A stretch of 64,000 nucleotides of DNA. Source: Tubiluchus corallicola (Eukaryota; Animalia; Priapulida). The notes under the pieces are model-generated. The model searched no databases. It saw only the letters and a program-made list of their open reading frames with translations, and had not been told where the DNA came from. A program made the translations under genes and the position numbers. Below are positions 15,149 to 26,738 of the stretch, piece after piece (positions within the stretch are counted from its first letter, which is position 1; every line of letters begins with the position of its first letter). The stretch is taken from positions 47,343 to 111,342 of the forward strand of contig JAQGDQ010000694.1 of the NCBI GenBank assembly GCA_030141605.1. Reading direction: 5' to 3'.

Positions 15149-16043
15149 TCAACTGGTTTGCACACGTGTTGAATTATCATAAAGCAGCATGCCTACTATT
15201 TAGCTTAAAATGTCGATATCCACAGAATTCCATTTAGCACTGCACTGAGTTCTCAGTGAGCCTACAGAAGTAAACTCATCTGTGATGTTAGCTGTTTTGA
15301 TATCTTTGCAACACAACTGATCAAAAACTTCGAACTCGAACTACTGAGAATGACAAACCGCAAACGTTTCCCTGTTTCTGAATCACAGTTTCCAGTAAAT
15401 CTAAAAAAGTTAAAAATAAAATTGACACAATTAAACATGAAAATCTGATTCTGAAAACCATGAAAGGCTGAAAAGAATATCTTAAAGAAAAACAACACTT
15501 AAAGTTATGTTTATAAAATAATTTCTACTGCAACGCTATACATTTAACAGCTTTAAGTGTTATTTTAGACCTAAACAACATTTTTCTTCAATAATGATGC
15601 CAATTCGCGATTATGGACTATAGCACAACTGAATTAGGCCCATTTAGTAGGATGAAAAAATCAAGACCACATAGACATCTATAGCACCAGTACATTTTCG
15701 TAACTTTCCAAATGCTTACCACTGATGACAATAGTACTCGCGAAAAAATACACTATTTACATTTTTCCTTTCCAAACAATCCATCTGAATCCTGCACCGA
15801 AGCTATAAGTTTGAAAATTTATTATCGACCCTATGATTTTGTGTTACTACATTAATAAGAAGTGCAAGCCCACTTAGTTTCAGATAGCGATACCGATTCA
15901 GAAATCACGTCACAAAATGTTAAATCTTGCGCACAAAGTTTCTATGTCAAATAGTGAAATATAATGGAGAGCCGCTGTGAAGTGCATATTTCAACGTTAC
16001 ACCTAACAAGCGCGCAAGAATTTTAAACAAGAAATGTACTCAC

Positions 16044-16150
16044 ATAACGGAAATCTACAGTCACAAAAAACAACACAATACAACCGCCATGCTCATTCCG
16101 TCTAACTGATCAATCACATCCGGGTATTTGACAACTTTTCTGCGCAGGTG
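16044..16150 (-). promoter_or_regulatory. Candidate non-coding first exon / promoter of Par3
   Basis: Donor AT|GTGAGT at 16043-16038 could join the acceptor CTTCTGTAG at 15263-15262; a YY1-like ATGGCGG lies at 16090-16084. Inference only. Confidence 0.35.
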
Positions 16151-17728
16151 TTAAAAGCTACCTGTGCAGGTAAGTTAAACGAGATTTAAAATTAAAAATC
16201 GCGAGAACCAGTTGAATTTTCATGCGAACTTAATGTTAGCAAACGAAAAGGGACAACGAACAATGAGCATGACTGCTGGTAGAAGCAACTTCTTATCGAA
16301 AACAATAATATTTAAGTTAGCAACCACCAACTATAAATCGGTTGGTGTTGTGGCGACCTCTGTGGTCAATTTTTCTAACCAACTTTATTGACTTTAGTAG
16401 ACCGTTTGTACTCCCAAATTTTAATTACGTTTATCTTTACCACTAACTTTCTTAAGATATATTAATAAAAATACTAATTTTTGCAACTACAGTTTGAGCT
16501 TAGAGTTGAAAACTGGTTCAATGGCTAATTATAAAAATAATAAATTAGTCAGATTATGCGTGGAAATTATGAAACACTCCTGTACCTGCCACTGGTTGCA
16601 AGCAACAAACTTCGCAACACATCCCTCAAATATAGAAACGTGTTATATACAATTGTATAATATACCTTATAGTGTAGACTAGTTTTTTAGTAGACCTCTG
16701 TAATATCAATCTTAGTCTTACATAACCCATACATTGAATGAGCTATACCATGCTCCCTTGTTGCTTAGATTCGTTTACTCTGGGGCACATGTTTTTTACC
16801 ACCACAATTTATCATTGGATGTTAGGTCAATCCTTTAAACTAATACTTGCACAAGGTGCCTTTACAAAGCTTTCAATACGAATTTCACTGAAGAACTGAA
16901 GGTTGAAAATTCACCTATTATGTAAATAAGAAAATGAATTTATAAGTACTCATTTACCATTAAAAAAGAATAGAAAAAAGAACAGCTCTGTGAAATGAAA
17001 CCAAGTGAGGGAGATTCTTATGCAAACTAGTATGTGCTGTTAGCTGAAAGGTATAACCGAGTAACCTCACACGAGCTTACTTCCTGCTAGAAAATCTGTC
17101 ACTTTTAGTCAAATCTTACCAGCTGTACATCAATGTAAAAATGACCGTTTCTTTGCGAGTCATCGTTTTTATTCAATTCCATCAGAATACAAAAAAAGGC
17201 CAAAACATATAAGATGCTACAGATCATGTGCAGTGTCTAAAATGCTCATAGAAACCTTCTGTGTGGTGCGTGAAGGAGTTCTGACGAAGACCAGAATATG
17301 ACACTCTACATGTTGGTTTGTTGAATATATTCGTAATTTACTTGTGCTAAGCAAAATTGACAAAATTTGGTGAAATAAGTTCCAATGAAAATTGCTAGTT
17401 CGTTAAAATGTTTATTACTTTATAGTATCACAATCAGCAGATAGATGCATTATATCACTAACAGACATGCAGACTTAAAGCTAAAATCATTTTTATGCAT
17501 TATACGTAGCAAGATTTGCAGAGATTAAGTCACAGAAGTAAACTTATCATAATAAAACCATGGCGACGTAATAACTGGTACAGAATGAAGTGGAATTATG
17601 GAATCTGGTATTTATATTTAATATTAGGCATGCACTATACAGGAAAATATGAATAATATCTCATCATTAATGAAGAAATACAAGGAATATACGTGTCATC
17701 TGTGTACAGTAAGTTCTCGCTTAACGAC

Positions 17729-18042
17729 TGTTGTTTTGTTTCTCTCGGAAGGCTCGTAGAGAAAACCAGAAAACACGCCGTTAAATATTATTACTTTATT
17801 GAGCGAGAATTCTTACACAAAGATGAAGGAACTTTGAAATGATTACAATAAACGTGAAAATCTGGAAAATGTTTATGTAAATATGAAGCGTAAGTATAAG
17901 TCCGTGTTAGATCTGTGTGCAATGTGCGATCCGTGATCCCGTGTCGACAGCCTGCTTCGCCTTATATAGTGCGCGGGAGAAACTTTTCGAACAAATGTTC
18001 GAGAACAATCCAGACGGTCATTCCGACGGAATCTCCACAACA
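17729..18042 (-). mobile_element. Solo LTR (314 bp)
   Basis: TGTTGT...ACAACA termini; on the minus strand TATATAAG (~17967) precedes AATAAA (~17800); flanks acgac/aggag match 3 of 5 as a possible decayed TSD. Confidence 0.7.
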
Positions 18043-18335
18043 AGGAGCTTAGCCGCTTAGCAAAGTTTCGTTTTAACGGCGACTTTTTTACTTTGTTCAA
18101 AGCCAATTTTTACTTTATCAACAACCCTTTTACCTAACTTGATTTATTAAAACAGTACATATTGTATTATTCTGCTCTAAAAATGAACTAGTAACGTAAA
18201 CAGTGCAATTATTGTACAAGTATACGTTTTTAATTCCCGAAAGACCACTACATGTCAGCTGTTTGTATCAAGCGAAACGTTGGAGCAAACTTTATGGGAA
18301 GGAATTTTGCCTGCAACCTGGTTGTTATAGCAACC

Positions 18336-19088
18336 AAAGATGTTACCGAAACAAAAATTTTGATTCTGTTTCCTGATAATTGCACTTTCGATTAGGTTTC
18401 GGTCTCGGCGAAATTGATTAAATTCCGTAGCCGAAATTTTGGATAAGTTTTGGTAGCATTTTCAGAGGTTTTACCAGTATTTATACAATTTACCTTTTCT
18501 TTTCTCCTAGATGTCACAAACCGCTGAAAAATCTTGGCTAAATTAGTTCAAATAAAGCGAAAATTTCGATTACATAACGGTTTGTCACGTGCTTTTAACA
18601 GTGATGTGGCGTATCTTTAGTGCTGACGACTGTGAAGTTTTAGAGTCTCCAGGCCCAGTCAACTGAAATATCAAACCACGATTGAATTTACTTGAGCAAA
18701 ATCATGTTTAATTCTATAATTTATGAAATAAACGTTAACAAAACGTCTATAAAATAAAATTTGCTTAAACATTAATCATTAATGATACTTAAATCCAAAA
18801 ACATTATAACACATTTTCTAAGGTAAGCCACTCAATCAAATTTGGGGTCTATACTACAAAACTTCCTTTTCCTGTTTTGTAATAGAAGTTTTCATCAGTA
18901 ATTTTGCATCACAGCAAATAAAAGCAAAGAAACAAGAAACAAAATATTTTACTTATTTCAGAATTTTCTTTTTTCAGTTTTAATAGTAGCGGGTTTTGCA
19001 AAAATGTTTTGGTTCGGTTTCGTTTCAGTATCGGTTTTCTATGTTTCATAAATTTTGGTTCGTAAATTCAGTTTCAGTAACATCGCTA
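18336..19088. mobile_element. hAT-like MITE nested in the Tigger-like element
   Basis: Ends caaagatgttaccgaaac / gtttcagtaacatcgcta, subterminal (ttcgg) repeats, decayed 8-bp flanks atagcaac/aatacaac. Confidence 0.5.
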
Positions 19089-19532
19089 AATACAACCAGA
19101 CTAAGCAACTACATAAAAATTCCCAAGGTAGCCCCAGGGCTTGGCTTTAACTGAGCTGCAATGTTTATTGTGTTATCGCCACCTAGACTTAAACGTTACT
19201 GAAAGACAAACCACTAACTAGATAAGTAAGATACATATGTGGTATAAAGCAAGCAGAAAAAAAATAATCAGTAGGAGCATGAATAAAACTCATAAAACGT
19301 TTAATTTATATGATTTAGGCAGCACTGATTTTTGCCTCTGGAAATTATCCCATTTCTTTTACATTACTTCCTAAGGAAGTCTTGGCTTTGTTTAACGATG
19401 TGTCGCTTAACGTCGCGTTTTGCTGGAACGCATTAGGGTCGTTATGCAAGGACTTACTGTACTACAATATGATGCGCATACTGCATATGGTACACAAAAA
19501 CATAAGTGTCAGCTATACAAATATAGTACACA

Positions 19533-21139
19533 CTAGACAATCTCTTCCTCTTGAGAAGAACCAGAGTAATATTCATCATCATACATAAGCCTGCTTCTCA
19601 AATTGTAAGACGGACGTGAGTTGGCAGAAAACTGACTCTCATTTGTAAGGCTAAGGCTCCTAACTTGTTGACTTATGCGATCAGGTGGCGTGTCTGTGCT
19701 TACAACACAATTGGCTCCGACGCCTAAGTCACTACTATTTCCAACAGCCACAATATCCGGCACTGCAGAACCCCTGGTACAATCGGGCTGTGTCCGCAAT
19801 GGTAAAGAGATTCCGGTGGAGGACGAAACCACGGCTGACTGACAATCCATCACGGACACGTTGTCGGCAGCAGTTGCTTGGTGCCGCTTCTCTACTTTTA
19901 TCCCTGCTATGCCCTTTTTGTCGGGAATGTTTGCTATGTCTCTCTTTATCTTGCGAGAGCGAGACGGGTCGTTTCTTCGTTTCTGAACCATTTCTTCTAA
20001 ATCAATGGTGTACAGAAAACCGGCGATTAAAAGTTCGATTGTCTTTGTGCCTGCATTATAAGCTTCCTCTAAATCACAAGAAGTCCGTTCATCATACTGC
20101 CACCAGCCGTTCCTTCCTTGATAATACCAAGTGTACGTGCTTTCCGCTTCTTCTGATTGGTCATCCACATCACTCAACAGCTGGGGATTTCTGAGAAACT
20201 GTAGAGGGATCTCTTTTCTGCACATCGCACACCGTTTGCTCAAGACGGCAGTGCCCTTAACACACAGAAAGCAAAAAATGTGTCCACATGGTAAACGTAC
20301 AGGCTGGATACACGTCTGTAGACATACTGGGCACTCCAGGATATCTGCAACATTAATAAAAGAATATCAATAAGCAACAATAACATTATCTAATAAAATT
20401 AATGTTTCACCATAATTGTTAATAGTGTTATGTACTGTAGCACAGATACATGTATGTATGTATGTATGTATGTATGTCTGTCTGTCTGTCCGTATGTCTG
20501 TATGTATACTGGTGGCTTAACTAAAGATGGCATCATCAGAATGCAAAATTTCATTCTACAAAACTGGCTTAATACTTTTTAGATTTCACTTAAGATCAGC
20601 ATTTAATTTTTTGCTAAGTTTTTAAACTACTTTAAATTCTAAAAACTAATGACTATTTTCGAACAATAGATAATAAATGAATATAAATAATTTTAAATTT
20701 CTGAATAGCAGTTTTAAAACTAAAGTATTTTGAACGTATTACCACATTTTTGATGGACTGCAAAATTGGAAACTTGTTAACCATTGTATAATTAAAATAT
20801 CATTGATGTAGCCTGAAAATGAAATGTTGAAGTTTGGAAGTTAAGGCGATTGCCATGTTATGCACACAGTGAAACAGATACAATGCCTCATATTAGTGGA
20901 ATTAGTTGTCAGTTCTATACTAAATTTGCTAAATTTTAAAATTTTACGCATCCTGTGTAGCTAATCAGAACTACTTTGCAAATTCTTCTACTACCAGACA
21001 TTCAAACAGTGAAATACACAAAAAGACTGGATAATGGATATAAATCTGTAAACATTTATGCTACGTAATATAATTAATCAGGACAACCTTGCTTATTCAC
21101 GTCAGTGCACGCCGCGTTGTCCAGATTAGATTCACACAT
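19533..21139 (-). CDS. RNF146: E3 ubiquitin ligase RNF146 (Iduna): C3HC4 RING + WWE PAR-binding domain, ~287 aa
   Basis: Exons 21139-21088 ([17 protein letters not shown], phase-1 donor CAAG|GTTGT) and 20344-19533 (acceptor TTGCAG). RING CPVC...CGHIFCFLC...CAMC; [20 protein letters not shown]...[10 protein letters not shown]...KIKRD...KKGIAG. The short first exon is less certain than the second. Confidence 0.93.
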
Positions 21140-21529
21140 GACGATAGGTAACCAAGTTTGAACTTCACACTGGGTTGGTCACCAAAAATGACTCTTAAAA
21201 TTCATTGTAACAAATCTGGTATACCTAAGTTATACGCAAATATTTAAGTTTTATAAAAACTTTTATCAAGATAAAGTTCAAAATAAAGAAGGTGAATCGC
21301 AACAAAATTTAATTTACACTATATATTCAAACAGCATAGAGTGTCAGACTGAGACTACTACTTTATCCCGTGTCCGGGCACACGTAAACTGTAACATCTT
21401 GATTAGTTGGCAACTTCAGTCACGAATTGCAATTGAAATATGATTTCTGTGTTTCCACAGTACTACGCTTACAAATCTGTGGTTACATCTGCTGATTCTA
21501 CAGTTCTATTAAAATAATCGGTCACCTTC

Positions 21530-21790
21530 GTTCAGCTATACGGATATAACGCCGATGGGTGTCTGGCTATGCGTTGGTGGGTATTAATGGGAATGAGATA
21601 TGGAGACATATAACCAGATTTACAATCAATTGTTTCTTTAGATAGATTGTTCCACTGTAAGAATGCGGATGGCAAAATGAAAGTTTGTACTGATTTATGC
21701 ACAAAGTTAAAGGACTGATGTGATCTACTACAATAATTGTGTGAGAAGAAGACCCTGTCATTAACCACGAATAATTTCGTTTCAGTACCA
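21530..21790 (-). mobile_element. Degraded LINE-derived repeat; second copy at ~31060-31250
   Basis: Both copies share tggctatgcgttggtgg...ggaatgagatatgga...aaggactgatgtgatct; translation includes YKLSF and WNNL LINE-type motifs. Confidence 0.55.
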
Positions 21791-23249
21791 AATAAACATT
21801 GTCCCTCTCTCCGACGCTTGGGTGTCTGTCATCCTAATTAGCGTAACATGGTAGCTACATTGCTGTCACTGTCATAGCCATGGTATGTTAATCTGGCTGT
21901 TCCTTTATTGTTTTTCAATGTATCCATGTGACAACTTAAAAGTAAATAGATCTATTGGCATAAGGTTCAGTAAATTTAAGGGCTTAATTATGAACTGTTG
22001 GGGCCCGGAAAAATTAATTGCAACTGGGTAATTGTGAGGTTCAAATTATGGGTAAATAAAACCATTGACCGAGATCAGGGGTTGAACAGTTGAAAGCCTT
22101 GGAATTTCACTGAAGATGTTGCTCATTTGACGAGTCATCACACTTGATATGGTTTGCTCATATGACTGCATTGATACAGACAAAAACATGGACACACACA
22201 CACACACATGAACCGTAATAGTAACTACAACATTACAGTGATCACACCTTAATAATTTGAATAAGAAAGATGGAAAAAGACAGCAAGATCATCGAATTAA
22301 CCTCCCTTTACATATGGATTCGCTATAGAAGAACAAGGTACAATAAAATGCGACAACAATTTAACATATAAACAAGAAAAATATTGGTAAGAATTTTGTA
22401 TAAACACAGCTTTCGTATAGGATTTTCCATTGGCTTACAAGGATAAAAGTCTTGAGCCCATAAATTCTCGGGGCAATTTTGCAAAATCAAATAAACCACC
22501 TTACCAGCAAATAAGGTATAATTGTCAGTCACAGTGTTAGGGTAGGCACTTTGATGTGTACTGCTAAACATACTTAGAGACTGATAATGCAGCTTGAAGT
22601 TAGCATAGGTGTGAGTCCTCCATTGCAAGTTTATGCCACTGCCAAGAGGAAAGAGCATAAACCACCAACTGAATTAATGTGGCAATATGCACACAATGTG
22701 CCAGTTGTGTCAGCATGTGTTGTGTGGTGGAGCGTGGTGGAGCGTGGCAGTTAACGTTTCTTAAGGTCACCAGAGAAAGAGAGAAGTAATACAGATGCAA
22801 AATGTGACAAAGTGACCCTACCGCGGCAGTTTAGTACTTCACCTAAATTCTGTGCGTGTCTGTGGCACAGTATAGTAAATAACCTAAAGAGTTATTAGTT
22901 GAACCAAAAATAAATATAATTGACATAAAGACTGTGATGGTGAAATTTTAAATAATCATTCAGTTAATTCATTTAACTGAAGTAACTATGATTTTCTTGC
23001 TACTACGGGCCAACAATTACCTCATACAGTGAATTAAACACATAAACAGCCTCATTATAAAAAAATCCTATAAACACGCCATGAAAAACGAAAAGTGAAT
23101 TTCATTGCATGTGTTATACATATATGTAAAACATGTGGCATATGTACCCTGCTGTATTACAGTCATTTTTCTTGATACAAGTCATCAAAGTCAGATCACC
23201 TTTTTTCTCTTGAAATAACATTGCATGGATGCTGTAGTTCACGTGTTTA

Positions 23250-23722
23250 TGCATTCTAAAACTATCTGCCACTACCATCCATGATGCATCATTGCTCAAA
23301 TCTAGAGTTGTATTTGCTAAATCTTTTTCCAGTATAATGTATACATGCACAGTATAGAGTCAAGCTGACCCCATCTGGGTTTTTTATCATTGCAAAAGCT
23401 TTACATAATGCTATAGGGAGAGATTCTTGGGGCAGTCTTAGTGTATGTCATCGATGCCAAGTCTAACGCAGCCTTCTTAATTGCATTTCTTTACTCCAAG
23501 GGTTTTTCTTTACCACGTCATGCAGGTCATCGTCTGATAATCTGTCAGACCATTTAATACCTAATAATTTTCTATAGAGGCATCATTGAAAACATCAAAT
23601 TTTTTTCGTTGTTTAACTTTTACTGTTTATGACTTATCATTGTACAAAAAATACAATTTCCACTAAAGTTGAAAGGATCCGGACTTTGGTTTCAAGAGAA
23701 AGTCTATTGTTTCCAAAAATCG
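23250..23722 (-). mobile_element. Decayed RTE-clade LINE fragment related to 11702-12253
   Basis: Frame-broken translation IFGNNRLSLETKVRILSTLVEIVF...LLGIKWSDRLSD...LRRLR...HTLRLP...EKDLANTTLDLSNDASW aligns by eye to the 11.7-kb copy. Confidence 0.75.
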
Positions 23723-23931
23723 TTTAGAGATCTCATCCGTTCAGACCGAGATGTCTCTTGGCAGAATTAAACAAATAGTATCTGAACTAAATTAAATAGG
23801 TACTTCATCTGTGCAAGTTAGTCGTTTTTGCTCTGCTGCTGTAGCGTGTAAGTGAATGGCGCTGTCTAGATCGAAACAGAAAATTATTTATTAACATACT
23901 TTTCATGTGATAAGCTGTAACAAAATCGAAA

Positions 23932-26695
23932 ATGGCAGAATTTGATCTTACTACGCGCATGGGACAGTATTTAGATCGTCATTTAGTGTTTCCTTTGCTA
24001 GAATTTTTATCTGTAAAAGAGGTCAGTATTTACGTGTAAAAGTTAATTAATTTAGATTTAGCCTGATAAATTGTTTCAGATAATTTTTTTTATAAAAGTT
24101 ATCCTGAGTTAACACAATGAAGAATAGACTATTATGTGATATCATAATAACTGGCAAAAACAAAAGTAAAAAAGAAACAAAATCATAAACAAAGCAGCAA
24201 GCGACAAAATATTACTGTTGTTTAAGCAAAGAATGCAAAAAGTTGCAAATTAGAAGCAAATAAATTGTGAATAAAATTATAAGTAACTGCAACCTAAAAA
24301 TTATGCTGTGAAAAAAAATTAGTGCAGCAAAAATAAGTACATAATAATAAGAACATCATGCTACTAATAATATAGTTTACTATAGTAAAATTGTGCATAC
24401 AGGCATAGCAACATTATTTTCAGACGGCCTTTATCATTAGAATAGATTTTTCCCTAAATAAATAATACTTTTTGTGAAATGATTAAGCTATCTGGAAAGT
24501 TTTGTTGAATACCTTTTGTACGAGTACACATTAATTCTCTTCTGTGTGATTAGTATAGCAGTATAGCATTGCACTAAATTGTATATATTTATGTGTAGTA
24601 AATACTCGTGATATAATTCAGTTAATTCTACAATATTGTGCATCTGTTTGTATTTGTAATTCGTTGTTTAATAGCATTGATTAATAGCTATAGCAATAGC
24701 ATAATAGCAATTGATTAATAGCATTATTAACCCAAAGTGTTTTTATCATTTCATAACAATTTTGTCCTGTGTTTCACATAAAATCTAAATGCAATTTTTA
24801 GTTTAGTCAAGATTGACCTTATTTTGTTGCCCGCTAATTAAACTAAATGTACATTCTTTTCTCTGGATCATATAGAAAATGTCATAATTTTAAAAATTAC
24901 TAATGTTTCCTAAATTAAACTGATAACATTAATACCCACCAGTGCCTAAAAAATCTTTTCATCTATATTCGGTAAAGGACAGCAGACTAGGTGACTTTAT
25001 AGTCTTTTCGCTATCCTTTCTCTAGTTCTAGATCTATCTATACATTTTAACAATTCTTCAAAACTTATTAGAGATTCTTTTATTAATCATGTTTTATTGG
25101 AACACTATAAAGAGATAAATAAATTGAAATTGAATTGTTGTTTTTATAGATATATGATGAGAAAGAACTTCTACGAGGGAAGTTGGATTTACTAAGCAAC
25201 ACAAACATGGTGGATTTTGCTATGGATGTCTATCAGGGTCTATATCCTGACAGCGAAGTACCAGAGAGTATGCGAGTTTTTTGCTTTTATAACTATCTTG
25301 TAATCATTAAGGTTAATTCTGTCTCATTGGTGTAAGTTAATATAGAGCAGGGACATCTATATATTAATTCTACTGGTATGTTATATATATATATAAGATT
25401 CGAGGCTACAGCTCAGACGACGGCACCATTTGCGGCGATCTATACTTCAAACGATGGGTCTCGATCTAGTGCCGTGCCATTGGGGATTTATTTTTCGAAT
25501 CGGGTCCATTGGGACAAACGGGTGGGGGGGGTCGAAAAACCTCCAAAAATGGCCATGTATATTATTTTCGTACTGGTAATGCTTGATAATGCGTTAGATT
25601 CTAACACTTCCACATTTATCTCCATTAACGTCTCTGTTGCTGAGTTCTGGAACTGGCTTGCAGAATGCCAAATGGTAATACAAAAAGTATTGTATTAAAG
25701 TTTCATCAAAAAGTGAAGACCATTATTTTTGCCGTTGCAGTGAATATCATTATTTTTGTGTTTTTTAATTATCGGTACAAAGTGTTAATTTCAAAAAAAT
25801 TCATAGAATATACTTTGTCATTTTTGACCATGCGTATTTGCAATCATTTAGCACACTGTGCTTAGTCGTACATAATTACATACACTCCTGATGTAACTGA
25901 AAGTCTTTGTTGTAGCTCTTCGAGACAAGCGTGGAGAGGTCGTTACCCAGCTGAAGACGTTGCAGGCTGAAACAGAACCAATAGTGAAAGTTTTTGAGAA
26001 CCCCGAGGTGGTTCGACAAATGCAAACATCTAGGTAACCACGCCCACGCTGCATTTCTTACGTATTTTCTACTCATTTAGCACATGTTTGATTTATTGAT
26101 TTATATGCCTATATATGGTCTATATTATACAGGAATAATCACCTTAATAAGGCCTATATACATTGCACTATATACTATGCTGTATATTACTTTAAAATAG
26201 TTAACCTGTGAGGATAAAGAAATTATTGTACAGGTGGTAGGCTGTGTAGTGTTTAGCACTCGGGCTCGGACGGAAATCGGTCAGTTTCCTTTACCATGGA
26301 TGACGTCCGTCTTATCCAATATCCGGGCTAACGGGGTCCGGTTTAACGAGGGTCGACTGTATTAGTAAACAGTAATAAAAATTTGTATAGTAACAAGCTA
26401 GTGCTTTTAACTTTTTGTATTGAAGTTATCACAATGTCTTCATTTGTATTAACATTAACAGTCATTAACCGTTATTTTGTTTTTGATTTTGTTTAGAGAT
26501 GGACGACAGTTATTCGAATTTTTATCCAAGAACCATTCCGTAAGTATTTTCAGCATCTAATTTTACACTTAAATTTTCGCTGTTTAGCGATGCACATTTG
26601 TCTTGATTTGCTTGATTGGCCGCACATGTTGATTCTATACATAAGGCTTCCTAGTCTTTGCAAATGTTTTTATTTAGCCATTAGTAGACTTAATA

Positions 26696-26738
<43 letters not shown>

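Larger units (their letters stand above)
17707..19459. mobile_element. Tigger/pogo-like non-autonomous element hosting nested insertions
   Basis: 22-bp TIRs CAGTAAGTTCTCGCTTAACGAC / GTCGTTATGCAAGGACTTACTG (3 mismatches), flanked by TA at both ends. Confidence 0.7.

Noticed and set aside
16351-16368. CTCF-like motif (GACCACAGAGGTCGCCA on minus)
   Set aside because: Several mismatches to consensus; cannot be told from chance without a PWM scan or ChIP data.
19685-20373. Plus-strand ORFs of 169 aa and 80 aa
   Set aside because: Antisense shadows of the RNF146 exon with no recognisable motifs.
23114-23350. 78-aa ORF as the first coding exon of RNF146
   Set aside because: Its donor is in the wrong phase and the sequence aligns to the RTE remnant; exon 21139-21088 fits the phase.
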